NCBI RefSeq assembly: GCF_006345805.1
Contig: NC_042999.1
Location: forward strand, 124,062,001 to 124,126,000
Origin: Octopus sinensis
Lineage: Eukaryota
Direction of reading: 5' to 3'
DNA length: 64,000 nt
Positions 1 to 13,940 of this stretch are shown here, one piece after another (position 1 is the stretch's first letter; each line of letters begins with the position of its first letter). Under the pieces are notes generated by a model that saw only the letters and a program-made list of their open reading frames with translations, made no database searches and had not been told where the DNA came from. A program made the translations under genes and the position numbers.

Positions 1-451
1 TGTCTTTGCATCTTTTGTCTCTCTGAAGTGCTTGAGAGTCGTTTGCACCACACATCAAGAACATTTCATCTGATGAGCGAGTTGCCTTTGAGATATTCCA
101 TCTTCACGATGAGCTATGATATGACCTCGTTCACACTCACTCAACTCCCTTGTTTTAGGCATTTTACTGTTTATTAACTATATCAACGACATATTTTAGC
201 ATAAAACTCTGAAATAATCAAGGAAACATAAGTTAATATAATTTAATTTTGGACGCTCGTTTTACTCATAATTGGTAGCATATGTACAGTACAGTATAAA
301 AGCAGTAATTGATGCTAAAGGAGGGTCAACCAGATATTAAAACTAATGTATATTGTGAAATATACCATAATCTACCATGTGCTCAAGTTTCATTTACATT
401 GAAACAGCAGAACCCCAAAACATTGGGGTGGCCTAATACATTTGGCCAAGG

Positions 452-454
<3 letters not shown>
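1..454 (-). mobile_element. Tc1-family DNA transposon, 5' end (TIR plus transposase N-terminus, pseudogenised; continues beyond window)
   Basis: Minus strand begins TA|CAGCCTTGGCCAAATGTATTAGGCCACC (Tc1-type TIR at a TA tract). ATG at 162 reads MPKTRELSECERGHIIAHREDGISQRQLAHQMKCS*CVVQTTLKHFRET, a Tc1 paired-like HTH with an internal stop. Confidence 0.85.
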
Positions 455-489
<35 letters not shown>

Positions 490-496
490 TATATAT

Positions 497-711
497 AATA
501 TTACATTATATAATTAGGGCTTAGTAAAATAAATTACTTTGCCACATACTGAACTTTCTAGAAATAGCTGCCAAAAAGTTTTTTAGCCATTTCCACTACT
601 TTAAGAAAATTTCTCTCAGATAATGTTTACTCAAAAATAAAATTTTCTAGAAAGTTCAGTATGTGGCAAAGTAATTTATTTTACTAAGCCCTAATTATAT
701 AATGTAATATT
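497..711. repeat. Perfect 68-bp inverted repeat (fold-back element H1)
   Basis: 497-564 is the exact reverse complement of 644-711; 79-bp spacer; the unit plus a ~90-bp extension is flanked by (TA)n. Confidence 0.95.
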
Positions 712-798
712 TTGAATTCGCCTTAAATGGTCCTTTTACATACTGAACACTACTTTGGTGAAATTGATTAATAACTAATTAATTTTACCCTCAATTGT

Positions 799-841
<43 letters not shown>

Positions 842-842
842 T

Positions 843-1278
843 AATAAGAGTAGAAATTAATATTGTTAATTAATGTCAATTTCAGCCAGTGGTCAGCAAA
901 CTTGAAAAAACGTCCGAGGACAGTGAATTCTATTTAATATAAACAATATGAGAGACCACTATGTGGATCCCTTATATGCTAAAATTAGATGTCAAACCAT
1001 CTTACCATGAAATTTGTGTTTTCAAATTAGCAAGACACTAGATGTTTACAAGCTAGACAAATGAAAACAAATAAACATAGCACTTAATTCCATACCTTAA
1101 GGTTTTGACATGAACAATTCAATAATTGTCTGTGTCTCCCAGTGAAATCGGTGCTGACACAGCAATGGAACTGGACACCACCCATCTCCGTGAGAGGATA
1201 TGAATGTATAGAGTTTTAAGTATGCTGACTACTGGTTGAAATTGATATTATTTAATAATATTAATTTCTACTCTTATT
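843..1278. repeat. Imperfect 65-bp inverted repeat (fold-back element H2)
   Basis: 843-907 vs 1214-1278 with 7 mismatches and a ~305-bp spacer; starts directly after (TA)n. Confidence 0.9.
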
Positions 1279-1439
1279 TAATTTCAAACATCTGTGTTCT
1301 CTACCCAGTTGATTCACTGCTGAATATCATTCATTGCATTTATTTTCTGGCTTAGCATGCTTGTACAAGGGTGTTTGAACCAAAGTTAAAATACATGATA
1401 TTGGAACTCAATACATTCCAGCAGAAGGTCACTCACCTT

Positions 1440-1680
1440 CACTGCTCCATTGACCCAAATACTTAGGAGACAACTACCAAGGACCACTCAAAATGGAAGT
1501 GTGTCATCACCAAGGGAACAGACCAGATGGAAAATAACATTCGTCAAAAGGTAGAGATCAAATGCAAAGAGCAACTTACACTTCCTCATCCCCTGCCAAC
1601 TCTCTCTTGTGATAAATGTCCTAGCTCTTCTATACCACCCTTGGTCTGAACAGCCACCTCAAGCACCAGCACCCTTCATA
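1440..1680 (+). pseudogene. RTE-type LINE ORF2 C-terminal remnant
   Basis: Degenerate reading ...WKCVITKGTDQMENN...LSCDKCP..(fs)..TLGLNSHLKHQH resembles the CxxC...GLxSH zinc finger that ends RTE-BovB ORF2. Confidence 0.5.
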
Positions 1681-1899
1681 CCCATCAAAGTGAAGAAGCT
1701 CAATCACTCAATACAGGTCTACTATTCAGATATGGGTTAATGCCATCAATGACAATATATACACAGCATAATATAATACTTCATTTATAATATGTATATA
1801 TTACAGGGTGTTCTCCCACACATGATGTACACATCTTATGAACTGAAAAAATAATAGAAACTATATTATCTATTAGCATTTTTTTATTAACTCTAAAAT

Positions 1900-2283
1900 G
1901 GAAGCACTCCGTCGGTTACGACGACGAGGGTTCCGGTTGATCCGAATCAACAGAACAGCCTGCTCGTGAAATTAACGTGTAAGTGGCTGAGCACTCCACA
2001 GACACGTGTACCCTTAACGTAGTTCTCGGGGATATTCAGCGTGACGCAGAGAGTGACAAGGCCGGCCCTTTGAAATACAGGTACAACAGAAACAGGAAGT
2101 AAGAGAGAGAGAAAGTTGTGGTGAAAGAGTACAGCAGGGATCACCACCATCCCCTGCCGGAGCCACGTGGAGCTTTAGGTGTTTTCGCTCAATAAACACT
2201 CACAACGCCCGGTCTGGGAATCGAAACCGCGATCCTATGACCGCGAGTCCACTGCCCTAACCACTGGGCCATTGCGCCTCCAC
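1900..2283 (-). mobile_element. Young tRNA-derived SINE (family B) with 11-bp TSD
   Basis: Minus head GTGGAGGCGCAATGGCCCAGTGGTTAGG (A box) ... GGTTTCGATTCCC (B box); CpGs intact; TSD AACTCTAAAAT at 1889-1899 and 2284-2294. Confidence 0.9.
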
Positions 2284-3604
2284 AACTCTAAAATACTACA
2301 AAATCAACCTCTTATACAAAGGATATTGTGACCAGCCTATGAAACATCTATTCATTCCTTTACAACTATGCATGAGACTACATTCATAAAACAAGACATA
2401 CATATATGTACATGTACTGGCTCCAAATACTGCATACTTACACACATATATGTTGTTGAAATTCCCATGAAGGAGCCTTGGGTCTAGGTTAGAAACCAGC
2501 TCTTTCTCTATTGGTAAGAAATCTCGAAATAAAACTGAATAATGACTGACATACATACATACACACACATGCATGCATGCATGCACATACATACATACAT
2601 ACATACATACATACATACATACATACATACATACATACATACATACATGCATGCATGTGACTAATATTTATCTTCTCAGTTTACATTTTAATCAGATGTG
2701 TGATAAATGTTACTCTGGGAAGTTAATCTATTTTTTGGTGCTGCATGATCAGTACTTATCTTTTTATCAACCCCACAGAGAAAAAAAATTGAAATCAATC
2801 CAAATGAGATTTGAACTCAGTACATAAAAGATTAGAAATATATGATGTAAAGCATTTAATCTTACATGCTATGATTTCTACAGCTCCACCACTCTTTGCT
2901 TCATAATAGTGATATAACTACTACTACTACTACTAGTAGTAGTAGTAGTAGTAGTAGTAGTCTTTTACGATTTTGATAATTTATTGATATCACTATAGTG
3001 ATATTTATGAGTATTTAACTGAAGACACTCAAGAAAATTCTAAACAGGTTCTCTGAGAAGGAACATTTTAAGTATTTATTTTTTTTTTTAATAATTCCAT
3101 ATGGAAATTTTCCTTATTCTCTCTCTCCCATCTCAATAACCTCATGAAACATTGATCTTTTCTGTTGTTTTTTTTTTTTTCCTTTTTAAAATTTTGTTTT
3201 GTTTTGTTTTTTCTTCATTCTATATGAAACCTCTGAAACTTGAAATATTATCTTATTTCATTTCAACTGTACATCTTCTCTATGTTTATACTATTCATCT
3301 ATATTAATACTATTCATTTTTGAAAAGTAGCAAATTAATCAACACCACAGGTTGTTATGGAATAAGAGAGAGAGAGAGAAGCAAAAGACAGCAAGAGAGA
3401 AAGAGGGAGATGGAAAGAGAAAGGGAGAAAAAAATGTTGATAGTGAAAGAGAAAGGGTTGATTTCTATGTGTATCTTTCAGAGATAGTTGACTATATGGC
3501 TAAAAAACTTGCTTCCTAACCAAAAGACTTTGGATTTGTTCTCACTGCATTATTCCGTTGGTAAGTGCCTTTTACTATATGCATTGTATATTGTATATGA
3601 TCAA

Positions 3605-4030
3605 CATCGTCATTGTTTGACGTCCGTCCTCCATGCTGGCATGGGTGAGATCATTTGACAGGAATTGGCTAGCTGGAGAGCTGCTTGACTCCATTTTTTT
3701 GTCTTGGCATGGTTTCCATGGCTGGATGTTCTTCCTTAATACCAATCATTTTACAGAGTGTTCTGGGTGCTTCTACATGGCACCAACATGAGTGCTTTTA
3801 TGTAGCCCTGGCACAGGTGCTTTTACGTGGCACCAGAGCCCAAGAGCCTGCAAGACTAGGATCTCTCAGCTGAGAGAGGGATGTAGGTGCCATGCTTATA
3901 TGCATGGACAGCCAAGATTTTATTTAGCTTGGCATGTCTTCTCAAGCACAGCAATCTGTCAGAAGTCTTTGGTTCCTTGTCATCTCTGTGAGGCCCAATG
4001 TATGAAGTTCCTTTTCCCCACTTCATCCCA
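3605..4030 (-). mobile_element. 5'-truncated RTE LINE (last ORF2 codons plus 3' UTR, (GAT)n-type tail; 'E' tail)
   Basis: Minus reads LGLTEMTRN..AVLEKT, matching the ORF2 end at ~22980-23040, followed by the CATCCAGC...AGCATGGA..CGGACG tail seen repeatedly in the window. Confidence 0.7.
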
Positions 4031-4037
4031 CATGTTC

Positions 4038-4102
<65 letters not shown>

Positions 4103-4278
4103 GTATTTGATTAATGAGAGAAACAGAAGATGGAAGCTACAAGAATGTTTATCAATCACTATAATTGTTTCAACCTATCTAGCATCGATCCCTTAAGGGC
4201 AGAATACTCAACTGATTTAAGAATACCCAACAGTGTAGATGTGTCTCTTCAGGTGATAGTATGATGTACATATATGTA

Positions 4279-4440
4279 GGCATAGGAGTGGCTGTGCGTT
4301 AAGTAGCTTGCTTACAAACCACATGGTTCCGGGTTCAGTCCCACTGCATAGCACCTTGGGTAAGTGTCTTCTACTATAGCCTCAGGCTGGCCAAAGCATT
4401 GTGAGTGGATTTGGTAGACAGAAACTGAAAGAATCCCATC

Positions 4441-4538
<98 letters not shown>

Positions 4539-4814
4539 TTGTGTTTGTGTGTGTGCGTGTGTGTGTGTATGTGTATGTATGTATGTATGTGTGTATATAT
4601 GTTGGTGTGCCTATGTTTGTCCTCACCAACATTGCTTGACAACTGATGCCGGTGTGTTTACATTCTCATAACTTAGTGGTTCGGCAAAAGAGACTGATAG
4701 AATAAGTACTAGGCTTACAAAGTATAAGTCCCAGGGTCGATTTGCTTGATTAAAGGCTGTGCTCCAGCATGGCCACAGTCAAATGACTGAAACAAGTAAA
4801 AGAGTAAAAAGAGT
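4279..4814 (+). mobile_element. Full-length tRNA-derived SINE (family A) with internal (TA)n/(TG)n microsatellite
   Basis: Head TGGCTGTGCG (A box) ... GGTTCAGTCCC (B box), central microsatellite, tail GTGCTCCAGCATGGCCACAGTCAAATGACTGAAAC; many homologous pieces in the window. Confidence 0.9.
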
Positions 4815-5042
4815 ATATGAATGAATGTACAAACAAAGGAAAGCAGCACTCAACATATTTGGTGCATGTAAGATTAACAATAAAAAAAAAAAGCTGGTGT
4901 TGCTTCCATGGCATTAACACTATGTGACCTGAGCTGACCACTAGAGACCTAACATCTAAAAGCCATCTTGAACTTGTCTCAAATCTCTCACTCTTCTCCT
5001 AATATCTGATGAGATGGATACATACTGCACACTCACAAAACT

Positions 5043-5269
5043 TTAACCATTTAGCACTTAAACTGGCCATGTCCAGCTAAAATATTCTACTTGTTTTAGT
5101 TTCAAACCAACCGGATTTGGCCTTTCACACTTACCTTAGAATATAATTCTAAAAATTAACAATCACATTATTGAAATATCAAAGCCACAAGGTAACACAT
5201 GGCTAATTCAAACCAATGTGAATAAATAAGTATTACATTTGACAGAAATCTGAATGTTAAAGAGTTTAA
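5043..5269. mobile_element. piggyBac-type MITE
   Basis: TTAA ends with degenerate CCCTTTAGCA/TGCTAAAGGG TIRs; reverse-complement homolog of 60604-60831. Confidence 0.75.
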
Positions 5270-5280
5270 GTTATATGGAG

Positions 5281-5543
5281 TGGGGGCATGTGTCATAGTG
5301 GTTAAGATGTTGGACTCATGATCATAAGATCATGGATTCGATTCCTGGACCAGGTGATGTGTTGTGTTCTTGAGCAAAACACTTCGTTTCACGTTGCTCC
5401 AGATCACTCAGCTAGCAAAAATGAGTAATCCTGTGACAGACTGGCATCCTGTCCAGGTGGTGAATATATACATCAAGGAAACTGGGAAACTGACCCTTAT
5501 GTGTCAGTATGTCCCGAGAAGGTAACATTACCATTTTTACCTT
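5281..5543 (+). mobile_element. tRNA-derived SINE (family C variant)
   Basis: A box TAGTGGTTAAG, B box GATTCGATTCC; body shares TGTTGTGTTCTTGAGCAA..CACTT..TTCACGTTGCTCCAG with 38355 and 58806; TTTTACC tail. Confidence 0.8.
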
Positions 5544-6852
5544 AAATCATATGGGGTTAAGTCAAATTGCTATTAATACAGACACACACACGTGTGTGTA
5601 TGCATGTGTCTGTATGTATATGTGTGCATGTGTGTATATGTGTGCATGTGTGTGTATATGTGAGCATGCATGTATTTATACCTGTACATGTATCTTTCTG
5701 TGGATGTGAGTTTGTATTTCTCTTGCATTCTTTGATTTATAAACAATGGTTTCCTTGTGGTTTCATTTGCTTCCTCTCCACCATGAAAGAATGTCCAGAT
5801 TTCTCATGTCTTGAGAGGTTGCATGCTTTTGTAAACAAATAGCTTGAGCATACAATATCATTTGTATCCAGTTTTTTGAGTTGTTTGTTGTTCGATAGGA
5901 TTGGAGATTATTACTCTATATGGAAACAACGGGAATACTGGCTAAGGGATGGACATCGAGTTGTAGCAAACTCTACTACAATGTACTCTCATTTGACTTG
6001 TGCAAGCATGGAAAAGTACATGCTAAAATGATAATAACGATAATGAAGATGATGATGATGGTGTTTATCATGTTGATGGCAATGATGAAGATGATTATGA
6101 TGATGATGGTGATGGTGGTGGTGGTGTTGTTGGTGTTGGTGTTGGTGGTGGTGGTGGTTTTATTGGTGGTGATTAATGATGATGGTGATGATGATAACAA
6201 TAATAAATGTATTCTGGGGTACCTTTTAGTGAGCACACACATGCTTATGCATTCACACACACACACATTCACGTAAATGCACATACACATGCATTCACAC
6301 ACACATGCACACACACGCGCACACATATGTACATGCATTAAGGGTGTATTGAGTACAACCAGGTGGCTGATTCTTATTTATCTGTTAAGAAATAAGGCCT
6401 AGAAATAATTAAGTTAAAAGAAGTGTACATCGCTAACAAAATATTTTTTACCCCACCCAGTTTTCTTTTGTTTTTACTTCCTTTTTTCTTCCATTTTTTC
6501 CACCCAACTCCATTTTATAGCCTCTGTGGGTACATTAGCTTATGTTTACAAACTCAAGTCAAGCTGTATATTACACCTGCTAAGAGAGTTCTATACAGAT
6601 AATTAATTCCAACAAAGGGTGTTTCATATAAAGATTCAGGAACTGCCTGGCAGAGATGAGATTCAGAAGATTTGCTTGGTAAAGTAAAAAAGAAAAGTAT
6701 AAATACATGAACTCACACACAAAAAAAAATACATGTTTGTACATACATAAATAGGGCTGATGCCAATTCACATGGGCACACGTACCCCATTCATACAGAG
6801 AAACCAGTTTTGGAGGAATTGGTGTGTTTTATAATGTTTTTGGTAATATAGC

Positions 6853-6855
<3 letters not shown>

Positions 6856-6911
<56 letters not shown>

Positions 6912-7046
6912 CTCTGTCTTTCTGTGTCTATATCTATGTATATGTATATATGTATGTACATGTGTGTATGTTTATGTATGTATTTATACATACACACATA
7001 CATGCATACATACATACATACATACATATATACATACATACATACA

Positions 7047-7081
<35 letters not shown>

Positions 7082-7370
7082 GTATATATATATATACACA
7101 TATTATGAAATAAACACAGACATACAGATAGATAGATAAACTGATAGACAGACACACACACACACACATGCATGCATATATATATATATATACATATATA
7201 GGCAGGCAGGAAGATAGATAGATAGATATGCATACACATACATGCCTATACACATGCATGCAAACATATACATACATATATCGACAGAGAAAAAGTTTGT
7301 GCAATGGGACTTGAAAGAAAGAGAAAAATGTCAAAACAATCAACAAACAACAAACAAAACAAATGCGCGA

Positions 7371-7404
<34 letters not shown>

Positions 7405-8119
7405 ATGTACACTTGTGAGTGTTTGGGTGTGTGTTTGTATGTGTGTGTATTCCTCTATCTGTATATGTCTATCTGTCTATCTATCCACGTCTATCTGTTT
7501 TCTGTTTTAGATTTCATGGGGGCAGAGGAAGGCTTCTGCTTTTGTGTTTTTTTTTTCTTTTTGATTTCCTCTTATTGCTCCATAAGTCTCCAATGCGCTT
7601 CCCTTCTTTTTTTTTATAATTTTTTTTTCCTCAGTAATTCCCCAAAGACAACCTACCAGCTATGCTTACTGATTGTTTATTTGTGTTCAAGTCCTTATCA
7701 TCATGTTGCTGGACCATTACAAAACAAAATACTTGTTTATGTAGACATACTCCATGGCAAACTATTCTTAAAACAAATAAAATAACTGAAGACACATAAC
7801 AACAACAACACGCACAGAAGATACACTTTGTGGCAGCAGAATGGCATTCTCATCACAGACGACTGCTCTGTCTATCTGTCTGTTTGTATGCATGTGTATG
7901 TATGTATGTATGTATGTATGTATGTATGTATGTATGTATGTATGTATGTATGTATGTATGTATGCATGCATGCATGTATGTATGTATGTATGTATGTATC
8001 AACGTATTTATGTATCCATGTATGAATATGTGCTCCAGCATAGCCACAGTCAAATGAATCAAAACAAGCAAGAGAATAGAAGAATAATAAGGATCTATGT
8101 GTGTATGCCTGTGTTCGTG

Positions 8120-8153
<34 letters not shown>

Positions 8154-8478
8154 TGTATGTATGTATGCATGCATGCATGCATGTATGTATGTGTTTGTGT
8201 TTGTGTTCATGTATATATGTATGAATGTATTTATATGTACCAATGTACGAATATGTGTGCTCCAGCATGGCCACAGTCAAATGAATGAAACAAGTAAAAG
8301 AATAGAAGAATAATATGGATGTATGTATGTGTGTGTGTGCATGTGTTTGTGTATGTATGTATGTATGTGTGTGTGTGTGTACATATGCATGCATGTAGGA
8401 GAGTATGTATATACACATACGTGAGTGTCTATATATGTATGTACATACATATGTATGTATGTGTGTATGTATGTATGC

Positions 8479-8516
<38 letters not shown>

Positions 8517-8622
8517 ATGCATATGTATGTTTGTGTATGTATGAATGTATTTATGCATGTATGCACTTGTGTATGTATATATGCATATGGGAGTGTATGT
8601 GTGTATGTATGCATGTACGTAC

Positions 8623-8657
<35 letters not shown>

Positions 8658-9307
8658 TAGCTATACATGTTTGTATATATGTATGTACATTTGTATGTTA
8701 GATGTATATGTGTAAATATGTATGGATACATGTATGTAATTTTCGAATGTTATACTTATGTATTTGTATGTACATATGTATATAGGTGTGAGTGTTTGTA
8801 CATGTCTGTCTGTGTGCATATCTACGTACACTCTGGCACATTGTCCTATGCACACATGTATATGCATATGTATATAAGCATGTCTGTATATATATATATA
8901 TAGGAATATTTGTAGATGTGTATGTTTGCATATGTATAATGCTTACCCATATATGTATGTGAATATACATGTATGTATGGTTTGAGTGTACATGCTGATG
9001 TATTTGTATATGTCTGTGAATGTACATATGTCTAGATACACTGATGTGTATGCAGATGTGTGTGCATGTGTATGTATGTATGTTTGTATGTATGTATGTA
9101 TGTATGTATGTATGTATGTATGCATGCATGTATGCGTGCATGTATGTATGTATGTATGTATGTATGTGTGATTGTAAATATTTATTTAGGTGCTTCCTGC
9201 AGGTCACCTACAAAGTTGCAAGACATTTATTGTACTTAAGATAATACCAAGTTACGTGTGTATATATGCGTGTGTATGTATGTATGTATACATATTACAC
9301 ACATGCG

Positions 9308-9367
<60 letters not shown>

Positions 9368-9515
9368 CACACATACTTATAGATATATACATATACATTT
9401 ATGCATGTGTACACACACACACAAACACATATATTCATCTATATATGTATACAAGTCTTTCTCTGCTGTCCTCACAGCTTTACTGCATTCAAAATGTCCT
9501 TTCTTGTCTTTAAAA

Positions 9516-9546
<31 letters not shown>

Positions 9547-9646
9547 GGGTATATATATATATATTCCAGTATGTATGTACACATACATATAAATGTTGTA
9601 TGTATGTATGTATCTGTCCATATATATATATATATACACATACATA

Positions 9647-9735
<89 letters not shown>

Positions 9736-9780
9736 TGTTTGTACATGTACATGGGTGTGTGCTTACATATGATCATGCAC
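6856..9780. repeat. ~2.9-kb compound microsatellite field (CT, TA, TG, TATG, TAGA)
   Basis: Directly visible; source of the dozens of MYVC/YIHT ORFs; contains two tandem SINE-A tail stubs at ~8028 and ~8257. Confidence 0.95.
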
Positions 9781-9903
9781 ATCTGCCTTCAGAGAATGCA
9801 AATAATTAACAGATCTCATCTATTGCAATCGTAGATTGGATTTATTGCATGTAATTCAGCCATCTCTTTATTTTGTTTATTCACTTATTTTGTTCTTCTC
9901 CAG

Positions 9904-9930
9904 AAAACCTCTGTAGTTCTTGTGTACTAT
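9904..9930 (+). other. Candidate 27-nt microexon
   Basis: Long pyrimidine tract ...TTTTGTTCTTCTCCAG | 27 nt | GTAAGC; length divisible by 3; open in two phases (KTSVVLVYY or xNLCSSCVLx). Confidence 0.35.
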
Positions 9931-10249
9931 GTAAGCTTTTTGCTTGCATAGTCTAATACATAGCTTCTAGCTTTGATAGCCACTGTATATAATACTTAGA
10001 AAGTACACTAATAACTGTGGCGAGGATAGGAATCTTTATATGAAGTACAAACATTCTAGATTCTGTATAAGTTTGCTGTGAATTTTATCGTCTACCAATT
10101 CAATGAGACAATCACATCTGCTGAGCAGTAAAACATCAAACATGGTTGTTATTGTAGTTGATGTTTAGCCCAAGTTCAGGCAAATCAAACTTATGATCAG
10201 GCAGACCTTATAAATATCAAAAGTATTTCAGCCATGAAAAATCTAGTCT

Positions 10250-11172
<923 letters not shown>

Positions 11173-11314
11173 TTGTTGTTGTGTCTTTTTTTTTTTGTAC
11201 CTTTTCATACAGAATTTACCACCATCATCTCCATCACAACCACCACCACTACCATCATCATCGTCATCATCATCATCATCATCATTATCATCATTATCAT
11301 CTGAAAAGTGTTGG

Positions 11315-11455
11315 AGAATTCCATGAGGCAGCTGCCCAAATCATCACAGAGCTATCTTCGTGCTTCACGGTAAGAGCCAAAGAATCAGGGTTGAATGCTT
11401 CTTTCAGCTGTCTCTAGACATAAAAATTGCTCTGAAGTGGGAAAAAGAGTGAAGG
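11315..11455 (-). pseudogene. Tc1 transposase fragment
   Basis: Minus reads RQLKEAFNPDSLALTVKHEDSSVMIWAAASW (TVKHGGGSVMIW-like); homologous to 21480-21610. Confidence 0.75.
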
Positions 11456-12198
11456 AAGGAAGGAAGGATAGATGGATGTATAAATGGATGGATGAATGGA
11501 TGGATATCATAGATTTCCATACAGTTCTATTTACCAAATGTTACTTGCTAGATATGATTCAGTCAGAGGCTATTGTACAAGACACTACCATGCAGTAAAA
11601 CTGAACTCAAAACCCCATACTTGCAAAGTGATGTTTTTAGCCATTCATCTATTGTTGCACCACTACCAATGACCAAATTGTTCAATGTGTCTTTTAGTTT
11701 TCAAAAGCAGTAGAGTAGGGCTTAATGGATATTTAGCTGCTTTTTCTAGCAGGTCAAGAGACAACTTAGTGACTTTGATATGACAAGGAGTAAAGAAGAA
11801 AATTTATCACTTTTAAATAAAGAAAATTATGTCATAAGGAGTCGTCTTTGTGTTCTTGTGGAGATTATTCAGAAACTAGTAGCATTATTCATTACAATGC
11901 AAATGAAAAAAGAAATTATCAGGTCTGAGTATAAAGAGTTTCAAGTTGCAATTTGTTTTCAATGTTCCACTGACCATAAATATAACCTTCCAATTTATAG
12001 AAGTTATAAAAATGCTTAACTTTTTAGTATTTAAACTGGCCATATCCAGCCCAAATATTATATCTGTTTTATGTATTGACTGCTGATATCCAGCCTCTCA
12101 CACCTACCCAACAATGTCATACTAAAAGTAAACAAGCACATCATTGAAATCTCAACCCCAAAAGATAATGCATGAGTAATTTAAAATAGTGAGAAGCA

Positions 12199-13103
12199 TT
12201 GGCTGTGTAATAAGAAGCTTGCTTCCCAACCACGTAGTTCTGGGTTCAGTCCTACTGCTTGGCATCTTGGGCAAATGCAAATGTCTTCTACTCTAGCCTC
12301 AGGTTGAACTAAAGCCTTGTGAGTGGATTTGGTAGACAGAAACTGAAAGAAGGTAGATATATATTAATATATATATATATATATATATACTAGCATTAAA
12401 GACCCGTCGTTGCCGGGTCATAGTGCTAGTGCATGTATATATGTGTACATATTACATGTACATCTATATATATACATCTACACATAAAATGCAAAATACA
12501 AAGTTATATCTTTTTATCGATAGTGATAACAATACTCAAAATATATAACAGACTGGAATTGTTAGCTCCTCTTTTTTCTCTACATTGTATACTTTATAGA
12601 CAATAGTCTTTTCTTTAATTTAATTTTTTATTATCCATCAGGACTATTCCATTTCTGCACGCTAATTATATTTTTAATTTATTTCCATTCATGTGAAACC
12701 ACTTATTCAAGTTCAAATCATTGATGTAATTTTATACCAATTGCTATTTTTACTTTTGTATGTTACGATTATATTATACTTTAGTTTGATTTTAATTATT
12801 ACTTACTACATATAATTCAATTGTTATTATTATTTTTATTGTTAAAGTGAAAGCATCTGACATAAAATAGAGAAATATTTTTGTTTCACTTTTAACATGT
12901 AATACTGAAATAGTGGCGAAGATATGATATTGCTATGGGCTCGCTCTAGGCAAGAAGTTGAACTTTTTTTGCCCATGAAACTACATGGACCCTAAGTAAG
13001 GCAAGTATAAAATTTGAATGAAATTGGTTGTGTAGTTCTCAAGTTTTAGGGAAACAGACAGACAGACAGACAGACACACATTCTCAGTTTTATATATATA
13101 AAG

Positions 13104-13138
<35 letters not shown>

Positions 13139-13940
13139 TGTATGTATGTATATGTATATATATATATATATATATATTAGAATCTACACCATTTGAAGAG
13201 TATTTGCATAAAATTTCATTAAAAAATATCCATTTTTCTGAAAGTTATGAGGAAACAACTTCAGTGGTGGGGGCAAGATTCCTTGTTATATTAAAATTCC
13301 TTCAGAAAGGTATCATATTTGTCAAAATCAAATCAACTATTTTATTTACGCGTTTGGCAATTTCTCCTCAGAAATTTACTTTCACTTCTTTACAACACAG
13401 AAGTCTATGTTAACCTTACAAACTTTTCACACGCCCTATCCCAAGAAACTGAATTACATCTCCCTTTCTAAACTGCATCTGTTTTCTGCGATTTTATGCT
13501 GACTATGTCCACCTTCAGAATGACCCACAATACAGCCTCTTTGAAATTCAAACAGTTCCAAGGCTTCTTTTGTACATGGCATGATTAAACAGTCACGTAT
13601 AGAACTTGAAACATAAATATGTCAATTAATAAAAAACCTTTACAAGTTAGAATAAACATAAAACGAAGTTTTATAGAGTGTCTATTTATTTCTGTCGTGT
13701 TTGTGTAAGTATATTTATGTGTGTGTGTGTGTCCTTGTGTCTGTGTTTGTCCCCCACCATCACTTGACAACCAATATTGGTGTATTTACATCCCCATAAC
13801 TTAGCAGCTCAGCAAAAGAGATTGATAGAATAAATACAAGGCTTACGAATAACAAGTCCTGGGGCCGATTTCTTCAACTAAAACCCTTTAAGGCAGTGCT
13901 CCAGCATGGCTGCAGTCAGATGACTGAAACATGGAAAAGA
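12199..13940 (+). mobile_element. SINE family A split by a Helitron and other DNA
   Basis: Head at 12199-12352 and body/tail at 13716-13940 in the same orientation. Confidence 0.8.
12390..13104 (-). mobile_element. Non-autonomous Helitron (short copy)
   Basis: Minus 5' TCTTTATATATATAAAACTGAG..., (CTGT)n, 3' hairpin GACCCG-GCAACGA-CGGGTC then CTAG; inserted between A and T; internally deleted relative to 38722-40459. Confidence 0.9.

Noticed and set aside
2210-2283. tRNA-like sequences at SINE heads
   Set aside because: They continue into SINE bodies and lack a complete cloverleaf; not tRNA genes.
6791-9834. Dozens of overlapping ORFs ([12 protein letters not shown])
   Set aside because: Translations of (TATG)n, (TA)n and (TG)n; these repeats simply lack stop codons.
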